From an uncultured delta proteobacterium (lineage in GTDB: Bacteria; Desulfobacterota; Binatia; HRBIN30; BPIQ01), in the NCBI GenBank assembly GCA_963761335.1, contig CAVXGR010000013.1, positions 1 to 64,000 on the forward strand: a stretch of DNA of 64,000 bases, in the 5' to 3' direction. The notes under the pieces were generated by a model. That model saw nothing but the letters and a program-made list of their open reading frames with translations. It searched no databases and was not told where the DNA came from. The stretch's first letter is position 1; every line of letters begins with the position of its first letter. Positions 37,065-46,586 of the stretch are shown here, piece after piece. A program made the translations under genes and the position numbers.

Positions 37065-38648
37065 TCAACGAAAACACCAGTGGCTCCACACCACCTCGCG
37101 CTGGTAGTCGGCGGTGCCGTAGGTGCGGGGCTCGGGGTGGTCGTCGCGCGCCATAGCCACGATCTGGAAGCTCTCGAGCTGCTTGTCGCCGTGCTGGCGG
37201 GCGTTCCACTCGCGGCACAGGTAGCGGCCGTAGAGCAGCGCCTGACGGTCGCCGCGCTTGTAGTGGATCAGCCGGTCCATCATGCCGAGCCAGCGGTAGT
37301 TCTTCACCCGATAGAGCACCGACGCCGGGCGCTCGAAGCTCACCCCCTCGCCATCGCGGTAGAGGCTCAGGTCGGGGGCCGGGCCGCCCAGTCGGAAGAG
37401 ATCGATCTGAGTGCCGTCGCGCAGGGTGCCCGGGATCACGATCCAGCCGGTGCGCGTGCTCACCCGGGAGTACATGCGCCAGTCCTGCTGCAGGAAGACG
37501 GCGTCGCCGAGCCAGGCGATCTGCGGCGGGGCGGTGTAGGTGTTGTCGCGAACCACGCCGATGTTCCACATCACCAGGAAGACGAGAAAGACGGCGCAGA
37601 CGGCCTCGCCGACGCGGCTGCGCGCCGGGAACGGACGCGGGGACGGAGACGATGGGGACAGGCTACTTTTCCCGAGCAAGAACAGCCGTGACGACGCTAC
37701 CCGAGCGGGAAAAGTAGCCTGTCCCCATGGTGCCCGCGGCAGGGCCTGCTCCCAGAACCAGCCGGGCAGCAGGCAGAGCAGCGCCGCGATGCTGGTGAAG
37801 GGGAAGATGCCGACGCGCATGCCGATGGCGAACCCCGCGTGCATGGCGATCAGCGCCGCGACCACCGCGGTGCGCAGCGGCCCGAAGAACAGCGGCACGA
37901 AGAGCAGGACCGGCCCGGCGAGCTCGAGGAAGAGCGTGGCGTAGTCCAGGAAGGCGCAGAGATGGGGAAAGTGCTGCAGGAAGTGGCCGATGTAGGTACC
38001 CCAGATCTCGTTGTCGAAGACGTAGCCGACGGCGGTGCCGTTGCGCCATTGCGGGTAGAGCGATTTGGCGTAGCCGGTGCTGAGATAGATGATCACGATC
38101 TGCGCGATCAGCGCCACGGTGCCGACCGAGAGCAGCTGCTGGCGCTCGTCGCGCTGCGGCACCCAGCGCCGGGCGCTGTCCACCGAGCAGCGCGCCCCGA
38201 GCGGCAGGAAGATGCCCCAGAAGAGCATCATGCGCAGCTGCGCGTCGGAGCCGTGGCCGATGAAGAGGTTGCGCAGCTGCAGCGAGCTCACCATCAGCCA
38301 CACCGCGACCGTGGCGGCGCGGGTGTGGTAGCCGACGAGGAGCGCCAGGGCGAAGGCGGCGGTGAGCAGGAAGAGAGCCGCCTGGCTCCACGTCGAGCCG
38401 CCGATCAGATGCACGCACAGCGGCCAGCGGTGCAGGAAATCGAACATCTGCAGGAGCTCGCTGCGCGGCAGCACCCCGTGGTCGGTGTACATCGCCCGCA
38501 GATCGGTGGCGCGCACAGATAGGTCGATCAGCACCACCAGCGCCATGCCGATGCGAAAGGCGGCGAGCGAGCGCAGGTCACAGCCGAGGAGCCTCGCCGC
38601 CAGCGACGGTTGCGGCGCCGGCGTTCTCCGACGATCTCCCTCGGCCAT
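37065..38648 (-). CDS. HTTM-domain membrane protein (paralog of 28108-29955, lacking the DCC1-like insert)
   Basis: DLRSLAAFR, YTDHGVLPR, FWGIFLPLGARCSVD, QQDWRMYS, YGRYLCREWN, SHWCFR. Confidence 0.87.
   Translation of the reverse strand: MAEGDRRRTPAPQPSLAARLLGCDLRSLAAFRIGMALVVLIDLSVRATDLRAMYTDHGVLPRSELLQMFDFLHRWPLCVHLIGGSTWSQAALFLLTAAFALALLVGYHTRAATVAVWLMVSSLQLRNLFIGHGSDAQLRMMLFWGIFLPLGARCSVDSARRWVPQRDERQQLLSVGTVALIAQIVIIYLSTGYAKSLYPQWRNGTAVGYVFDNEIWGTYIGHFLQHFPHLCAFLDYATLFLELAGPVLLFVPLFFGPLRTAVVAALIAMHAGFAIGMRVGIFPFTSIAALLCLLPGWFWEQALPRAPWGQATFPARVASSRLFLLGKSSLSPSSPSPRPFPARSRVGEAVCAVFLVFLVMWNIGVVRDNTYTAPPQIAWLGDAVFLQQDWRMYSRVSTRTGWIVIPGTLRDGTQIDLFRLGGPAPDLSLYRDGEGVSFERPASVLYRVKNYRWLGMMDRLIHYKRGDRQALLYGRYLCREWNARQHGDKQLESFQIVAMARDDHPEPRTYGTADYQREVVWSHWCFR
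37652..37728. repeat. 77-bp palindromic element inside the HTTM CDS
   Basis: Perfect 23-bp IR ATGGGGACAGGCTACTTTTCCCG. Confidence 0.85.
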
Positions 38649-38741
38649 CCTTCTGCCGAGGTAACGCCGATTCGAATCGGAAAGTCAAAGACTGGGCCGC
38701 CAAGGCTTTGCGCCTTGGCGGTTCCCGGGTATGTCTCCCGG

Positions 38742-40238
38742 ATGCTGCGTCTGAGCGAGCTGCGCCGCTGTGCCGCGGCGCTGGAGAAGATCCTCGACGG
38801 CGCCCGCCTGCAACGCAGCGCCCAGCCCTCGCCGCAGGCGCTGGCGTTGTCGTTCTACCGCGGCGGCGCGGCGGCGGCGGGGACGCAGCACATCCTCCTC
38901 TGCTGCGCCCCGGAGTCGGCGCGCGTCTCGCGCCTGGCGGCGGCGCCGCCGGCACCGCCCGCGCCGCCCGCCTTCGACCAGATTCTCCGGGCCCGCGCCG
39001 GCGGCGCCGTCTTCGCCGGCAGCCGCGTCATCGGCGACGACCGCCAGCTCGGCATCCGCCTGCGCAGCCCCGCGGGCGAGCACGAGCTGCTGCTCTCCAT
39101 CCTCGGCCCGCGCAGCAACGTCTATCTCCTCGGCGGCGACGGCACCGTGCTCGCCGCCCTGCGGCCCTTCGAGGAGACGCGCCGCGAGCTGGCGCGCGGC
39201 GCCGCCTGGAAGTCCCCGGACAGCCCGCCTCCCCCGCCGGGCGAGGACCGCTGGGCCGAGGTGAGCGACGAGCTCTACCTCGACGCCGTCGAGGCCACCT
39301 ACGCCGCGCTGGAGCGCCGCCGCGCCGCCGAGGCGCTGTCTCGCCGCATCGACCAGGCGCTGCGCCGCCAGGGCGACTTCCTCGAGCGGAAGGCGGCGAA
39401 GCTGGAAGGCGAGCTCGCCGGCGCCCGCGACGCCCCCCAGATCCGCCGCCTCGGCGAGCTCCTGAAAACCGTCCTACACGCCGTGCGGCCGGGCGACGCG
39501 GCGGCGACAGCGGCCGACTTCGAGAGCGGCGAGCCGGTGCAGATCGCCCTCGATCCGACCCTCTCCGCGGCCGCCAACCTGGAGCGCTACTTCAAGCGGT
39601 ACCACAAGGCGGTGAAGGCGGAGGAGGTGGTCGAGCGGCAGCTCGAGGAGACGCGGCGCCAGCAGCGCGAGCTCGCCGAGGTCGCCGCCGCCTTCACCGC
39701 CCTGGGAGCCGACGCGGATGCCGTCTCCCTGCGCGGCTTCGCGGCGCGGCCGCGGCTGCGCAAGCTCCTGGAGCGTTACTTCGGCGCGCCGCCGGCGCCG
39801 AAACCGCCGCCGGCGAAAAAGGGAAAGCGGGAGATTCCGGCGCGCCTGGCGCCGCGCCGCTACCGGACCGCCGACGACCTGGAGGTCTGGGTGGGGCGCA
39901 GCGACGAGGGAAACGACTATCTCACCACGCGCTTGGCGCGCGGCAACGATCTCTTCTTTCACCTCGACGGGGCGCCGGGCAGCCACGTCGTCCTGCGCAC
40001 CGGCGGCCGCCAGGACCCGCCGCCGGAGTCGTTGCTCGAGGCCTGCGAGCTCGCCGTGCACTTCTCGCGGCGGCGCGACGAGCCGCGCGCCGAGGTGCGC
40101 ATCGCCGCCATCAAGGACGTGCGCAAGCCGAAGGGCGCCAAGCCCGGCCTGGTGCACGTCTACCGCAGCAAGACCGTCCACCTCCGCCGCGACCCGGCAC
40201 GACTCGAGCGCATTCTCGCGGCCCGCATCGAAGAGTGA
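38742..40238 (+). CDS. NFACT/FbpA (RqcH-like) family protein
   Basis: N-terminal NFACT-N (GPRSNVYL), LDPTLSAAANLERYFKRYHK, C-terminal NFACT-R (VGRSDEGNDYLT, FFHLDGAPGSHV, VRKPKGAKPGLV). Confidence 0.88.
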   Translation: MLRLSELRRCAAALEKILDGARLQRSAQPSPQALALSFYRGGAAAAGTQHILLCCAPESARVSRLAAAPPAPPAPPAFDQILRARAGGAVFAGSRVIGDDRQLGIRLRSPAGEHELLLSILGPRSNVYLLGGDGTVLAALRPFEETRRELARGAAWKSPDSPPPPPGEDRWAEVSDELYLDAVEATYAALERRRAAEALSRRIDQALRRQGDFLERKAAKLEGELAGARDAPQIRRLGELLKTVLHAVRPGDAAATAADFESGEPVQIALDPTLSAAANLERYFKRYHKAVKAEEVVERQLEETRRQQRELAEVAAAFTALGADADAVSLRGFAARPRLRKLLERYFGAPPAPKPPPAKKGKREIPARLAPRRYRTADDLEVWVGRSDEGNDYLTTRLARGNDLFFHLDGAPGSHVVLRTGGRQDPPPESLLEACELAVHFSRRRDEPRAEVRIAAIKDVRKPKGAKPGLVHVYRSKTVHLRRDPARLERILAARIEE

Positions 40239-40245
40239 CGAAGGT

Positions 40246-43200
40246 TCACGGATTGTCGGGTTTGCGGGTTCTCGGGTTGTCGGTCGACCGTCGCCCGGCT
40301 GGACGCTGGCGCAGGCCGTGGCGCAATGACGCTCGCTCCAAGAACGATCCACGCAGCTCGTGCTGCGGCGGCAGGGAATCGCTCAGCTGCTTGACGACCG
40401 TGAAGGAGCGCGACCAAGCCGCCTGCGCATCGGCACGCCGGCGCTGCCGGTCCAGTACTTGGGCGGTGGTGGCGGCGATGCGCCATTCGACGAGCGGCAC
40501 CTCGCGACCCCGGATGGCGTCACCCGCCGCGGCGAGATGGACCTCGGCGTCCGACAGTCGCCCAGCCCGCAACGCGATCTCCGCCAGCAGCCGCGCCGCC
40601 TCGGCCCGCGGCCGCGGCTCGTCGGCCGTAGCGGCCAGCGCCTCCAGCGTCTCGGCATCACCGCGAGCCCGGTCGAAATCGCCACGCGCCAACCACAGCC
40701 GCGCCAGACCCTGGCGGAGGCGGAGCTGACCGGACCACGGCATTGCCGACCCCTCGGCCGCGCTTCCGAGCTCCGGCGCGGTCAAGGTCGCAAACGCCTC
40801 GTCCACCTTCCCGAGGCCGAGCAGCGCAAAGGCCAGCTGGAACATCGCGCTCTGGCGCGCCGCATCGGTCAGTCCCTCCAGCCGCAGCTCATCGCCCGCA
40901 ATGGCCGCCGCTCCAGCGAAATCGAGCGCTTCGGCGTGCAGCGAGGCCGCCTCCGAGCGCAGGAGGCTGGAAAAGTGAAGGTGGTTGATCGGGGCGCCCA
41001 CACGCAAGCCGTCGTCGATCGCCGCCAGGGCCATACCCCAATCCCCGAGCTGCAGGAGGGCGCCCACACGCACGTGGTAGCACCACAGGCACATGTAGGC
41101 GTTGCCGGCATCGCGGGCGATCTCGATGCCCTCGGCTGCCGTTCGTGCCGCCGCCCGCGAGTTGGAGCGGGCGAGCTGAAGGAGGGCAAGCACCACCGCG
41201 CTCTCCGCCAAAAGGTCGCCATCGCCCGTCCTTCGCGCCGCCGCGAGCGCCGCCTCGGCGAGCGGCACATCCGCCTCGCGGGCGCCCTGGAGCCGAAGCT
41301 GCCAGTATGCCGCATGTCCCTGGGCATTGGCGCGCACCCGCGAGTCCTCGATGCGCCGACTGAGAGCGATCCCCTCGTTGGACGCCAGGCGGCTGCCCTC
41401 GGAATCGACCCAGGCGAGCACCGTGGCGCGGTGGAGCACCGCATTGGCCTCCCACCGGGTTTCGCCGCGAGCCCGCGCCCACGCTGCCAGCGTGTCGCAT
41501 GCCTGCAGCGTGCCCGGCAGGTCGCCGAGCCCGCGGCGGACGCGGCTGAGCTGATCGAGGAGAACCGGATAGACCGCCGCCGCATCCACTTCGGGGAGGT
41601 GATCGATCAGCGCCACTGCGTGCGCGAGCCGGGCGGCTGCTTCGCGATGCGCCCAATTGCGCACGTCGCGGTCGGCGGCGCGCCGCAGGTGCTCGATGGC
41701 GCGCCGGTAATCGCGGCCTCCCTCGAAGTGGCGCGCCATCTGCGTTTCGATCACACCCGCATCCGCGCCATAGGTCTGCTCGAGCCATTCCGCGAGTCGC
41801 TGGTGCAAGCGGAGGCGTCGCGCTGCCGAGACCCGCTCGATCAGGATGCTTGGATAAAGAGCGTGGGTGAACCGATAGCGCGCCACCGGCGTTCCGTCGG
41901 GCCGCGTGTACAGGGCGGATGCGGCCAGGAACTGCCCTTGTCGTGCCAGCTCATCGCACCGCTCTTCGATCGCCAGAGGATCCTCCGCGAGCCCGGTCGC
42001 CACCGACGCCGCCGTGAACTCGCCACCGAGGACGCCCGCCACCTCGAGGACGCGCTGCGCCCCCGGGTCCAAGCGAGCAATCTGCTTCTCGATCAGCAGC
42101 CGCAGGCTCTCCGGCACGGCGCGAGCAATCTCGTCGAGCGGCCCCTTCAGCCGCCAGCGCCCGTCTTCGGAATCCAGCACGTGGAGCGCCACGAGCTCGT
42201 CGACGACGCGCACCATGAACAGCGGGTTCCCGTCCGTCCGCTCGGTGACGGCGCGGGCGAGCTCCGGCTGAAAGGCGTGCCCGCCGAAGCGCTGCGCCAG
42301 ATAGCCGGCGACGTGCTGCTCCTGCAGGAACGACAGCTCGATGGCTTCGCATTGGCGGCGCACGCGCAGCTCCTGGACGAGCTCACGCACGGGGTGTCCG
42401 GCTACCGCTGCATCCGCCGAGCGATAGCTCGCCACCACCAGCAGACGGGCCGGCTCCTCGCGCCTGCCGAGCATGGCGAGCAGGTCGAGTGTGGAATAGT
42501 CGCTCCAATGCAGGTCTTCGAGCACCAACAGGATCGGAGTCGCGGCGGTCAGCACCTCGAGAGCTTCCGCCATCTCGCGCAACATCCGTTCCTTGGTGAC
42601 GCCCAGCAACTGGCGGCGCAGTGTCTCGCGATTGTCCCGCTTTTCGAGCCACGGCAGCTGCACCAGCCAGGTGGGAGCGTGGGTCTCGAGGACCCGGACG
42701 ACGCGGTCGGCTCCGGGCTCGCGCAACAATCGCCCGAAAGCCTCGAGAACCGGCAGATACGCCTCCGCCGCCCCGTAGTGCCCCAGGCAGGCGCCGCGCG
42801 CCATCAACAGATCCGGATGGGACGCGGCGCGGGCCAGAAATGCGTCGATCGCCGTGGTCTTGCCGATGCCGGCTTCTCCGGAAAGGAACACCAGTTGGCG
42901 CTCGCCTGCGAGAGCGCGCGCCAGCCGCTCGGCGAGCTGTGCAAGCACTCCGTCCCGGCCGACCAGAGCGCTGCGCGGATCGTCCGCGGCCAGGGGCTTT
43001 GCCGGACGGCTGCGGGGCGCGATGAAGCGATAGCCCCGGCGCGGCACGGTCTCGATGAACGACGGTACCGCGGGATCGTCGCCGAGGGCGCGGCGAATCT
43101 CCAGGATGATTCCCTTGAGCACACCGTCGGTGACGTGGGTGTTCGCCCACCCGGCTCGCAGCAGCTCCTCCTTCGAGACCAGCTGCCCGCCGTCTTCAAT

Positions 43201-43323
43201 CAGCCGGCGAAGAACCGCAAACGCCTTCGGCGTGAGGGCGACGACCTCGTCCCGGTACCATAGCCGCTCGCCGGCGAGATCCAGGCAAAGCTCCCCGAAC
43301 GTGAGGCGTCGATCGGCTTCCAT
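40246..43323 (-). CDS. wHTH (OmpR/CadC-type) + AAA ATPase + TPR-like transcriptional regulator
   Basis: LTPKAFAVL, IETVPRRGYRF, GEAGIGKT, LEDLHWSD, TDGNPLF, YRFTHAL. Confidence 0.9.
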   Translation of the reverse strand: MEADRRLTFGELCLDLAGERLWYRDEVVALTPKAFAVLRRLIEDGGQLVSKEELLRAGWANTHVTDGVLKGIILEIRRALGDDPAVPSFIETVPRRGYRFIAPRSRPAKPLAADDPRSALVGRDGVLAQLAERLARALAGERQLVFLSGEAGIGKTTAIDAFLARAASHPDLLMARGACLGHYGAAEAYLPVLEAFGRLLREPGADRVVRVLETHAPTWLVQLPWLEKRDNRETLRRQLLGVTKERMLREMAEALEVLTAATPILLVLEDLHWSDYSTLDLLAMLGRREEPARLLVVASYRSADAAVAGHPVRELVQELRVRRQCEAIELSFLQEQHVAGYLAQRFGGHAFQPELARAVTERTDGNPLFMVRVVDELVALHVLDSEDGRWRLKGPLDEIARAVPESLRLLIEKQIARLDPGAQRVLEVAGVLGGEFTAASVATGLAEDPLAIEERCDELARQGQFLAASALYTRPDGTPVARYRFTHALYPSILIERVSAARRLRLHQRLAEWLEQTYGADAGVIETQMARHFEGGRDYRRAIEHLRRAADRDVRNWAHREAAARLAHAVALIDHLPEVDAAAVYPVLLDQLSRVRRGLGDLPGTLQACDTLAAWARARGETRWEANAVLHRATVLAWVDSEGSRLASNEGIALSRRIEDSRVRANAQGHAAYWQLRLQGAREADVPLAEAALAAARRTGDGDLLAESAVVLALLQLARSNSRAAARTAAEGIEIARDAGNAYMCLWCYHVRVGALLQLGDWGMALAAIDDGLRVGAPINHLHFSSLLRSEAASLHAEALDFAGAAAIAGDELRLEGLTDAARQSAMFQLAFALLGLGKVDEAFATLTAPELGSAAEGSAMPWSGQLRLRQGLARLWLARGDFDRARGDAETLEALAATADEPRPRAEAARLLAEIALRAGRLSDAEVHLAAAGDAIRGREVPLVEWRIAATTAQVLDRQRRRADAQAAWSRSFTVVKQLSDSLPPQHELRGSFLERASLRHGLRQRPAGRRSTDNPRTRKPDNP

Positions 43324-43546
43324 CGTCCGGCTCGATGAGAACCACTCTCTAACCGACTTCTAACCGCAATCTCACGTACGTTCCATCGCCACTGGGTCGC
43401 GCGGGCGATATCTTCGCGCGCATCGAAAGGAACCGCAAGCGCCGCGCAGTCGCGTGTCAACTGACCCCGGCAGCCGGATCGGCATCCGGAGATGGCATCA
43501 GATGCCGTTGCGGGGAATCGCAAGCACACCAACGAGGAGGTACATC

Positions 43547-43981
43547 ATGAGCAAGAGAGAGGACTACAGAGGCAGCTGCTTCTGCGGTGCAGTCCAGTTC
43601 ACGGTCAGCGGTGAGCCGGTGGCAATGGGCTATTGCCATTGTGAGTCGTGTCGTCGCTGGTCGGCAGGGCCCGTCAATGCCTTCACGCTGTGGAAGCCCG
43701 AAGCGCTGCAGGTCACGCGCGGGGCAGACAACCTCGGCACGTACAACAAGACGCCGAACAGCTGCCGCAAGTGGTGCAAGACGTGCGGCGGCCACCTCTT
43801 CACCGAGCACCCGGGCATGGGGCTCACCGACGTGTACGCCGCGGTCATCCCGGATTTCCCGTACCGCGCCGGCGTCCATGTCCATTACCAGGAGACCAAG
43901 CTGCGAATGAGTGACGGGTTGCCGAAGATGAAGGACGTCCCGAGGGAGATGGGCGGCTCGGGCGTCAGCCTGCCGGAATGA
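43547..43981 (+). CDS. GFA / CENP-V family protein
   Basis: GSCFCGAV, CHCESCR, CKTCGG; GAGGAGG RBS. Confidence 0.92.
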   Translation: MSKREDYRGSCFCGAVQFTVSGEPVAMGYCHCESCRRWSAGPVNAFTLWKPEALQVTRGADNLGTYNKTPNSCRKWCKTCGGHLFTEHPGMGLTDVYAAVIPDFPYRAGVHVHYQETKLRMSDGLPKMKDVPREMGGSGVSLPE

Positions 43982-44063
43982 CAGATCGCGCTCCGCGCGC
44001 GCGCAGCGAGTCCTCTAGAGGGCCGCGAGAGTGCGCGCCGGCCGCGATCGATCGAAAGGGGCG

Positions 44064-44894
44064 ATGATGAAGCGAACTCTGATGATGGCAGTGATCGCGA
44101 CAGGACTCGCGATGAATCTGGCGAGCCTGGCGGACGCGGCAGCCCGCGGCTTTCCGAGGATGCCCGTCACCCGGTGCGCCACCGACGCGGTGGTGGCGGG
44201 GACTGTGTGCCTGGACAGGTACGAGGCGAGCGTGTGGCGGGTGCCCGATCCGACCGCGACGAACGCAATCCTGGTGAGGAAGATCCAGCTGGGGACCGCG
44301 ACGCAGGCCGATCTCATCGCCGGCGGGGCGACGCAGCTGGGCACGAATGGGGACGACTACGCGCCGTGCGCGGACAACGGCCAGAACTGCGCCGAAGATA
44401 TCTACGCCGTGAGCCTGCCGTCGGAGATCCCCGCCGCCTTGATCACCTGGTTCCAGGCACAAGAAGCATGCGCCAATGCCGGCAAGCGGCTACCGACGAG
44501 CGCGGAGTGGCAGATAGGGGCGAACGGAACGCCGGATCCCGGGCCGGACAATGGGACGACGGACTGCAACACCGGGAGCGACGACGCGGCGTCTCTCACC
44601 GGTTCGCGCAGCAGCTGCGTCTCGGCGCGCGGAGCCTACGACATGGTCGGCAACCTGGCCGAGTGGGTGGCGGACTGGGTGCCGCGGTCGACGGAATGCC
44701 CGGGCTGGGTCGGCTTCAGCGATGACATGATGTGTCTCGCCGGGGCAAGCGAGACCTCCAGCGGCCCGGGGGCGCTGGTTCGCGGCGGCGCCTTCACCGT
44801 CGCCAGCGGCGCGCTTGCCGGCCCGCTCACGGTCTTCGGTACCCTGCAGCCGTCTCGCATGGTCAACTTCGTCGGCTTTCGCTGCGCGCGCTAG
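44064..44894 (+). CDS. Secreted FGE-sulfatase (SUMF1/EgtB/PvdO) C-type-lectin-fold protein
   Basis: Signal peptide; [31 protein letters not shown]...GFRCAR. Confidence 0.88.
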   Translation: MMKRTLMMAVIATGLAMNLASLADAAARGFPRMPVTRCATDAVVAGTVCLDRYEASVWRVPDPTATNAILVRKIQLGTATQADLIAGGATQLGTNGDDYAPCADNGQNCAEDIYAVSLPSEIPAALITWFQAQEACANAGKRLPTSAEWQIGANGTPDPGPDNGTTDCNTGSDDAASLTGSRSSCVSARGAYDMVGNLAEWVADWVPRSTECPGWVGFSDDMMCLAGASETSSGPGALVRGGAFTVASGALAGPLTVFGTLQPSRMVNFVGFRCAR

Positions 44895-44936
44895 CCACTG
44901 TCGCTGCTCTGGCGGGCCGAGCCGACAGAACCGGGT

Positions 44937-45704
44937 TTATCCGAGCGTCAGCTTCTCGCGCCTGTGTTGCTGGGCGTGCTCCCAGCCGAGCGCGGCGCCG
45001 ACGATGCCGGCCTCGTTGTGCAGCTTGGCCTCGACGACCGGCGTGCGCAGCTTCAGCGACGGAAGGAACTTGTCGGCCTTCTTGCTGACCCCGCCGCCGA
45101 TGATGAAGAGGTCGGGCCACAGGTAGGACTCCAGGGTGAGCAGGTACTTCTCGACGCGGTGCGCCCACTTCTTCCAGCTCAGGCTCTTGGCGCTGCGCAC
45201 GCTGTCGGCGGCCCAGTGCTCGGCGTCCTTGCCGTGCACGGTGATGTGACCGAGCTCGGTGTTGGGCACCAGGTGGCCGTTGGTGAACAGGGCGGAGCCG
45301 ATGCCGGTGCCGAGGGTCACCACCAGCACCACGCCGGCGCGGCCGCGGCCGGCACCGAAGTGCATCTCGGCGTAGCCGGCGGCGTCGGCGTCGTTGATCA
45401 CGGTCACCGCGCGGCCGGCGATCGGACGCAGGAGGCGCAGCGCGTCGGTGCCGATCCAGCGCTTGGAGATGTTGGCGGCGGTGCGCACTACGCCGTGCTG
45501 CACCACGGCGGGCAGGCCACAGCCGACCGGGCCCTTCCAGGAGAAGTGTGCGACGATGTCGCCGATGACGCGGGACACGGCGCGCGGCGTCGCCGGCAGC
45601 GGCGTCGGGATGCGGTGTCTCTCCGCCAGCAGCCGCCCGCGCGCCGTGTCCACGGGCGCGCCCTTGATGCCGCTGCCGCCGATATCGATGCCCAGAACCT
45701 CCAT
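44937..45704 (-). CDS. ppgK: Polyphosphate glucokinase (ROK family)
   Basis: [55 protein letters not shown]. Confidence 0.9.
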   Translation of the reverse strand: MEVLGIDIGGSGIKGAPVDTARGRLLAERHRIPTPLPATPRAVSRVIGDIVAHFSWKGPVGCGLPAVVQHGVVRTAANISKRWIGTDALRLLRPIAGRAVTVINDADAAGYAEMHFGAGRGRAGVVLVVTLGTGIGSALFTNGHLVPNTELGHITVHGKDAEHWAADSVRSAKSLSWKKWAHRVEKYLLTLESYLWPDLFIIGGGVSKKADKFLPSLKLRTPVVEAKLHNEAGIVGAALGWEHAQQHRREKLTLG

Positions 45705-45804
45705 GCCCATCCCCCTCTGGCTCTTCAGATCTCTCACCGATCGCCGCCGTTGACAAGACGATGCCCGGGTTCTCGTGGGCGGCGCCGCGCGAATCCGCTT
45801 CTCC

Positions 45805-45936
45805 ATTCTCATTCCCGGTTCTCGTCCCGTCGTTCTCCATTCGCTCTGACGGCCAGGACCGACCTCCAGCGAATCGGCCTTACCCGAGGCTCACAGAGCA
45901 ATGGAGAACGACGGGACGAGAACCGGGAATGAGAAT
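45805..45936. repeat. GAGAAC-family element with a perfect 37-bp inverted repeat
   Basis: 45805-45841 is the reverse complement of 45900-45936. Confidence 0.85.
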
Positions 45937-45972
45937 AAAGAACAGCGGCCGGGACGGCCGCGCTCCCGAGGG

Positions 45973-46455
45973 TCAGCCGGAGACGGTGCGAAGCTCGACG
46001 ATCGGCACGCGTTCGGCGAGGGCGCGGATCTGCTCGGGGGAGCCGTCGAAGGGGACGCCGAGAATGCGGGCGATGGCGCGCGCCGCCAGCGGGTGGTCGA
46101 CGGCGTAGCGCCGCAGCTCCTCGGCCGCCTCGTCGAGGGGCAGCTCGCGAGCCCGCGCCGGGGAACGCCGCCGGCCGACACAGACCTCGACCTCGGGAGA
46201 GGCGAGGACGTTGCGGTACCAATCGGAGCCGCGGCCGAATCCAGAGGCCACCAGGTACCGCCGCGGCTCGTCCTCATGGCGGATCACCTCGAGCACCGTC
46301 TCCCGCCGCCGGCCGCTCCTGCGGCCGCGGTGCACCAGCATCATGAAGCGGCTGCCGAGAAGAAAGCCGAGGCCGGCGCGATAGAGCGCAATCGGCGCGC
46401 GGTAGAGAAGCCGCGCCAGCGGGCCTTGCCGCGAGCCGCTCATCGCCCGCGCCAT
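45973..46455 (-). CDS. Deazaflavin (F420)-dependent nitroreductase-family oxidoreductase (DDN-like)
   Basis: LVHRGRRSGRRRET, SDWYRNVLASP. Confidence 0.88.
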   Translation of the reverse strand: MARAMSGSRQGPLARLLYRAPIALYRAGLGFLLGSRFMMLVHRGRRSGRRRETVLEVIRHEDEPRRYLVASGFGRGSDWYRNVLASPEVEVCVGRRRSPARARELPLDEAAEELRRYAVDHPLAARAIARILGVPFDGSPEQIRALAERVPIVELRTVSG

Positions 46456-46586
46456 CCGCGGGCGCCCAGAAGGTTGTGCGGGCGTTGGAAGGGAAAGGAA
46501 TCCGAGATCAGTTCCGGCACGAGGCGATTATAGAGCCTCAGCTGCCCACGGCAACGTCCTTGGAAAAGCCGCGATGAGGAACCCCC

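Noticed and set aside
28108..38648. HTTM proteins as the missing oligosaccharyltransferase
   Set aside because: No WWDxG or DK/MI motif of STT3/PglB was seen, so this cannot be supported without structural comparison.
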